NCBI RefSeq assembly: GCF_006345805.1
Contig: NW_021827033.1
Span: 1 to 11,196 of the forward strand
DNA: 11,196 nucleotides
Source of the DNA: Octopus sinensis
Taxonomy: Eukaryota
Reading direction: 5' to 3'
Made by a program: the position numbers and the translations under genes. Shown piece by piece: positions 7,032 to 11,196 of the stretch. Under the pieces are notes generated by a model. The model was not told the DNA's origin and ran no database searches. It saw only the letters and a program-made list of their open reading frames with translations. How positions within the stretch are numbered: the first letter of the stretch is position 1; the number at the start of each line of letters is the position of its first letter.

Positions 7032-7173
7032 GGGTGCGTGGCTTAGTGGTTAGGGTGTTGTACCAGCGATCGGAAGATCGTGGTTTCGCTTCCTCGACCA
7101 CATGGGGCATTCTGTTCTCGAGCAAAACACTTCATTTCACATTGCTACACTCCACTCAACAGTGAGTAATCCT
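7032..7173 (+). mobile_element. tRNA-derived SINE of a second family (CORE-like body)
   Basis: A box TGGCTTAGTGG 7039-7049, decayed B box near 7082-7093, body tgttctcgagcaaaacacttcatttcacattgctacactccactcaac. Confidence 0.75.
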
Positions 7174-7657
7174 GTATGTGTGCGTATGTGTGTGTGTTTG
7201 TGTGTGCATGTCTATGTTTCTATGTGTGTGTGTTCATGTATGTATGTGTGGGAGGTGTATGTGTGCATGTGTGTGCGTGTATGTGTATGCTTGTACATGT
7301 CCGTGTGTGTGTGTAGACGCGTGTGCATTATGCGTTTGTGTGTATGTATGTATGTATGTTCCTCTGTGAGGGCGTGTGTGTGCATGTGTGCATGTGTGTG
7401 TATGTATGTTCCTCTGTGTATGGGAGTGTATGCATGTGTTTGTATATGTGTGTACGTGTATATGTGTGATGGAGTGAGTGTGTATGTGTTTGTGTGTATG
7501 TCTGTTCCTCTGTGTGGGCGTGCATGTGTGCACGTACGTGTGCATGTGCAATCATGTGTATGTATATGTGTGTGTGCGTGCATGTGTGCATGTATGTGTG
7601 CATGTGCATGCATGTGTATGTATATGTGTGTGTGCGTGCATGCGCATGTGTGTGTTT
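7174..7657. repeat. Degenerate TG/TATG/TGCA satellite with an embedded higher-order motif
   Basis: TG-rich tract; TATGT(A/C)TGTTCCTCTGTG recurs at 7351, 7401 and 7497. Confidence 0.93.
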
Positions 7658-7865
7658 GAGCGTAGGCGTGGGTATTTGGAGGTAGTTGTTCAGGTGGTGA
7701 CTGAGATTTTGTGATTTGAAGTCTTCCACAACAACAAACAATGCTTCTCACATTTCCCAGGGAACTTCCTTGTCGAGATCTTTCAGTTTAGTTTCTGATA
7801 AACCTGATACGCTGTGCAGTGTATTGTGTTACGTTCATTGTGGTTCATTTTATGCACAGAAAGAT

Positions 7866-8014
7866 GACCTAATAGTTAGCATGTTAAGCTCACGGTTATA
7901 AGGTTTCAGTTTCTATTCCTGAACCAGGCGACTCGTTGCGTCCTTGATTTGAGCGACGTACTTTATTCCAAGTTGCCCCAGGTTGCTTCTGTCCCCTCAG
8001 CTGAGATTGAGTAC
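7866..8014 (+). mobile_element. Old, degenerate copy of the 7032-7173 SINE family
   Basis: tgacctaatagttag (A-box remnant), gtttctattcctgaacc (B-box remnant), gcgtccttga...tactttattccaagttgccccag body. Confidence 0.55.
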
Positions 8015-8030
8015 AATCCGAATATCAACC

Positions 8031-8031
<1 letters not shown>

Positions 8032-8087
<56 letters not shown>

Positions 8088-8116
8088 CTCTCTCTCTCTC
8101 TCTTTCTCTCCTCTCT
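8032..8116. repeat. (CTGT)n(CT)n microsatellite
   Basis: Direct reading. Confidence 0.95.
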
Positions 8117-8129
8117 GTCCAACCTTTAC

Positions 8130-8204
8130 CTCCTGGATCTCTTGCTGGTTCAAGAGTGGAAGGGTCCAAATGGTATCTATGTCTGCTTGTAAAATCATTG
8201 GCAC
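8130..8204 (-). CDS. Candidate 75-nt frame-preserving internal exon of an unidentified host gene
   Basis: Minus strand ttttgctaattgtttcag|GTGCC...CAGGAG|gtaaag: CTAAT branch-like motif, pyrimidine-rich acceptor, AG|GTAA donor. Open in phase 1 (GANDFTSRHRYHLDPSTLEPARDPG) and phase 0 (VPMILQADIDTIWTLPLLNQQEIQE). Sits in a unique island between microsatellites. Confidence 0.4.
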
Positions 8205-8294
8205 CTGAAACAATTAGCAAAAGTATGGAACATGCTCCACAGAACCCCCATGCGTACCGCGCTTGCAAATGACGGCTGTGATGGTTCTCTGGAG

Positions 8295-8297
<3 letters not shown>

Positions 8298-8353
<56 letters not shown>

Positions 8354-8400
8354 TGTCATTGTGTTTGTCTCTCCACCACCACCACCACCACAACGACGAC
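8298..8400. repeat. (TG)n at 8298-8356 and (CCA)n/(ACG)n at 8372-8400
   Basis: Direct reading. Confidence 0.93.
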
Positions 8401-8402
8401 TT

Positions 8403-8587
8403 GAAAACCGGTGGTAGCTTGTTTACGTCCTCTTAGTGTTTCAGCAAAAGAGACCCCTGGAAACCGCTGGAATAAATACCAGCTTTTAAAAAAACAAATA
8501 CTCGAGTCAATTCGTTCTACTAAAACATATAAAGGTAGTGACCCAGTATGGCTGTAGTCTAATGACTGAAACAAAAGATAAAAGATA
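8403..8587 (+). mobile_element. Decayed 3' half of an octopus-type SINE (same tail as 388-446)
   Basis: gtttacgtcc...gtttcagcaaaagagacc...gaataaatacc...aaaggtagtgacccagtatggctgtagtctaatgactgaaacaaaagataaaag. Confidence 0.75.
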
Positions 8588-8608
8588 TATATTTATAAAT
8601 AAAAATGT

Positions 8609-8659
8609 TTGTATGTATGTATGTATGTATGTATATATATATATATATATACACACACA
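8609..8659. repeat. (TATG)n(TA)n(CA)n microsatellite
   Basis: Direct reading. Confidence 0.93.
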
Positions 8660-9389
8660 TAGATTGTGCGTAAGATATTTGAAGACATATTTATGTTTAT
8701 AAAAAAAATTATATGATAACAGATACTATCGTTATTTATCAAAAATGCTATGAGGATAAAAATAAACCTTCTTTTCTATAATGTTATTCAATAAAGCCAC
8801 CTTCAGTTTCAACAACTGCTTCTATATGAGATCTAAATCACCTACATGCTCGAATCAAGTGGTTCTGGTTAATTTTGGACATTACTCTGACTATGGTAGC
8901 TTTCAAAGACCTCTCTCTCAACAACGTTCTACATGTAATAGTCCAATGGATTGAGATCTGGGGAATTTTTCAGCCATCCATTCCTGTGTTACTAGAGCTA
9001 TGTGTAACAGTGCAGAGTCTTACTGAAACACATATGGCCTTCCATTGCATACACTGTCTATCCAGGGCTTAACACTTATTTCCAGGACCTCAATGTAGGC
9101 GGCAGAGTTAACTCTAAAGCTTTGTGGAAAGAGGTAAGGAGGCATCACATGTCCTTCATTGCTGACGACCCCTAAAACCATGACAGTTGCAGGAAATTTT
9201 GTATGCATAACACTTGGAACTTCAGAATGGTCTGTACAGCATAAACAACTGTCATTTCTTCTGTTAACTTTTTGATCTTGGTCGAAGTTTTTTCGTTTGA
9301 GAAATCCAAATCAAATCTTCTTCTGCTGGATTTTTCAGTTTGTTTAAGAACCTTTTAGATCTGATGTAGTGAGTTTCTTTTGCTTTTTC
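8660..9389 (-). pseudogene. Tc1/mariner transposon remnant, maT/DD37D-like, disrupted transposase
   Basis: With frameshifts: IRSKRFLNKLKNP...(F)SNEKNFDQDQKVNRRND...MHTKFPATVMVLGVVSNEGHVMPP...KPWIDSVCNGRPYVFQ*DSA...TQEWMAEKF-[deletion]-PDLNPLDYY...EAVVETEGGFIE* (stop 8784-8786). First catalytic D is N. Possible decayed TIR at 8660-8680. The deletion prevents counting D-D spacing, so the family call rests on motif recognition. Confidence 0.85.
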
Positions 9390-9682
9390 TGTTTTGGGAT
9401 TCTTCTCATGAACCTTGTTCTTTAAAACACCCCAAAAAAAGAAACCCATTGGAGTCAGGTCAGGTGAACGTGGTGGCCATTCGATGCTGCCCCATCTTCC
9501 AAACCAATGCTGTAGAAAGGCTTGGTTAAGGTAGTCTCTTAATGTCAACGCATAATGTAGAGGTGCTCCATCTTGCTGAATAATGGTTTCATATTTTTTT
9601 ATAATTAAGGTCTAAACTGTTAATATATGAATGCCTAAGAGATAAATGAAAAGCTGTAAACCTACTTTTGGGCCACCCTGTA
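9390..9682 (-). pseudogene. Tc1/mariner remnant, DD41D (Visitor/rosa-like), with one TIR
   Basis: TA|CAGGGTGGCCCAAAAGTAGG terminus (TA at 9681-9682), a large internal deletion, then QQDGAP...WPPRSPDLTPM(G)FFFWGVLKNKVHEKNPKT. There are 41 residues between D (9570-9572) and the third catalytic position (9444-9446, now G). Confidence 0.85.
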
Positions 9683-9691
9683 TAGTTTCCA

Positions 9692-10500
9692 GTTGGTGTG
9701 GTAACTGCAGGCGGGATTGTTTAAGATCTGAATATGCACAAAATTTATGCAAATTTTGTTCCCAGGGTGCTCAGTAACGAGCAGAAGGAAAGACACGTCA
9801 GTAACAGCAAGGAGCAGGTTGAGCTCATTATCTCCCATCCGAGGGTACTTGGGTCATGATGACCTAAGACAAAATCTAGATCAACTATTATGATCCAGAG
9901 ACCAAGGGACAGGGTACCCATTGGAAGTATCATTGAAAGGTCAGAAAAAGCAAGTCCACCAGGAAGCTCATATTGATTCCATTTTTGTGATATTTAGAGC
10001 ATCATCTATATTCCCTGGGTTCCCTGTGGCCAACGGTCAACAGAGTACTTCGTTGAGGTTTTGAGAGAGTTTAGGAAGGGATTTCGTTGCAAAAGGCTTG
10101 AGCTCTTCAACTTGGTTCGGTGGCACCAGCAGCTGGACAATGTACCGGTCAACAATTCTGTCCTGGTAACAAACTACTTGACAGAAATGGACATCAGAAC
10201 TTCCCCTCGCCCGCCCTACAATACAGACCTCGCTCCTTGCGATTTTTGGTTGTTCCCCCAAGCTGAAGGAGAACATCTAAGGCAGTTATTTTGAAGATAT
10301 TGGGAAGATAAAGGAGGCTGTGACAAGGGTCCTGGACAACCTGGACAACTTCATTTTGAAGAATTTCTATGGGGCTTTGACGAAGGGACTGGAGGGCTGC
10401 TACTGATGCATTAAAGTCAGAGCATCATAGCTAAAACGAAATTAGAGTTTTGTACTTCCATGAGATCTATAAATGTGTCTACTTCTGGAATGCACATTGT
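9692..10500 (+). pseudogene. mariner (DD34D) transposase remnant
   Basis: With stops and frameshifts: DLNMHKIYANFVPRVLSNEQKERH...YYDPETKGQGTHWK...EVLREFRKGFRCKR...QQLDNVPVNNS...RPPYNTDLAPCDFWLFP. There are 34 residues between D (10136-10138) and D (10241-10243). Possible decayed right TIR ggaatgcac near 10486-10500. Confidence 0.9.
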
Positions 10501-10689
10501 GTGTGTGTATGTGTGTGTGCATGTCGTTCTTGTTGTTGCTCTGATACAACACTTAGCGTATTCGGTGCAACTTCATGTTGCATTCAGTGCATTGGAGGAA
10601 ATCTTAAATATATGTTAATTAATGTGGGATAACCACGGGTTTCATTCTCGCGGTTCAGATTGTAATCTTGCTTTATCTCACATAAATTA

Positions 10690-10847
10690 ACACATATACA
10701 CATACACATATCATATATGAAGGTATGTATGAATATATGTGTATGTATGCGTGTATATATGTGTGTGCATATATATGTGTGAGTATATATATTCACATAT
10801 AGATACCTATTTAGTACATATATATATGTATGTATTTATATATATAT

Positions 10848-10908
<61 letters not shown>
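10690..10908. repeat. Mixed TA/TG/CA microsatellite
   Basis: Direct reading; on the minus strand it forms the (TA)n(TG)n tail of the adjacent SINE. Confidence 0.93.
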
Positions 10909-11070
10909 CGACGGGCTTCTTTCAGTTTCTGTCTACCAAATCCGCTCACAAGGCTTTGGTCGGCCTGAGGCTATAGTAGAAGACACTTGCTCAATGTTCC
11001 ACGCAGTGGGACTGAACCCGGAACCATGTGGTTGGCAAGCAAGCTTCTTACCACACACCCACGCCTGCGC
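10908..11070 (-). mobile_element. tRNA-derived SINE of a third family, near full length
   Basis: Minus strand gcgcaggcgtgggtgtgtggtaagaagcttgc...ggttccgggttcagtcccactgcg (B-box-like GGTTCAGTCCC)...gagcaagtgtcttctactatagcc...aagaagcccgtcg, then (TA)n. Confidence 0.88.
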
Positions 11071-11132
11071 ATATATATATATGTGTGTGGTGTGTGTGTG
11101 TGTATTATATATATATATATATATTTATATAT
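11071..11132. repeat. (TA)n/(TG)n microsatellite
   Basis: Direct reading. Confidence 0.9.
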
Positions 11133-11196
11133 GTTTAGCCTATGCCTAAGTATATAAATAAAGTAAAAAGTATTTAATGAATGTAAACAAAACACA

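Noticed and set aside
7102-7751. Cys/Val- or His/Thr-rich ORFs up to 185 aa
   Set aside because: Translations of the TG satellite.
7660-7830. Possible LINE endonuclease fragment on the minus strand (EALFVVVEDFKSQNL, cf. GDFN motif)
   Set aside because: The key GDFN is EDFK, there is an in-frame stop just upstream, and the IPT part overlaps a SINE-head-like sequence (7660-7686, +). Too weak without an HMM search.
10567-10583. Hairpin TGCAAC-TTCAT-GTTGCA
   Set aside because: A 6-bp stem is expected by chance in 11 kb.

Overview
AT-rich, repeat-saturated eukaryotic DNA with no intact protein-coding gene. The SINE families, microsatellite load and transposon types point to an octopus (coleoid cephalopod) genome, probably intronic or intergenic; this is recognition from memory, not a database search. 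Contents: (i) a 318-bp near-perfect palindrome at the window start; (ii) a tRNA-headed Pol III-type element carrying a minimal hammerhead ribozyme (720-944, +), preceded by an inverted 5'-truncated copy with an intact hammerhead core (523-665, -); (iii) a rearranged LINE 3' end (3367-4098, -); (iv) tRNA-derived SINEs, including two head-to-tail arrays with the same junction and a closely matched inverted pair; (v) remnants of three IS630-Tc1-mariner families (DD37D-like, DD41D, DD34D) at 8660-10500, two fused in frame; (vi) many micro/minisatellites; (vii) a plausible 75-nt minus-strand exon at 8130-8204 and weaker exon candidates near 1.7-2.0 kb. Nearly all listed ORFs are microsatellite or dead-transposon translations. 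The best lead is the tRNA-promoter + dimer-type hammerhead element.
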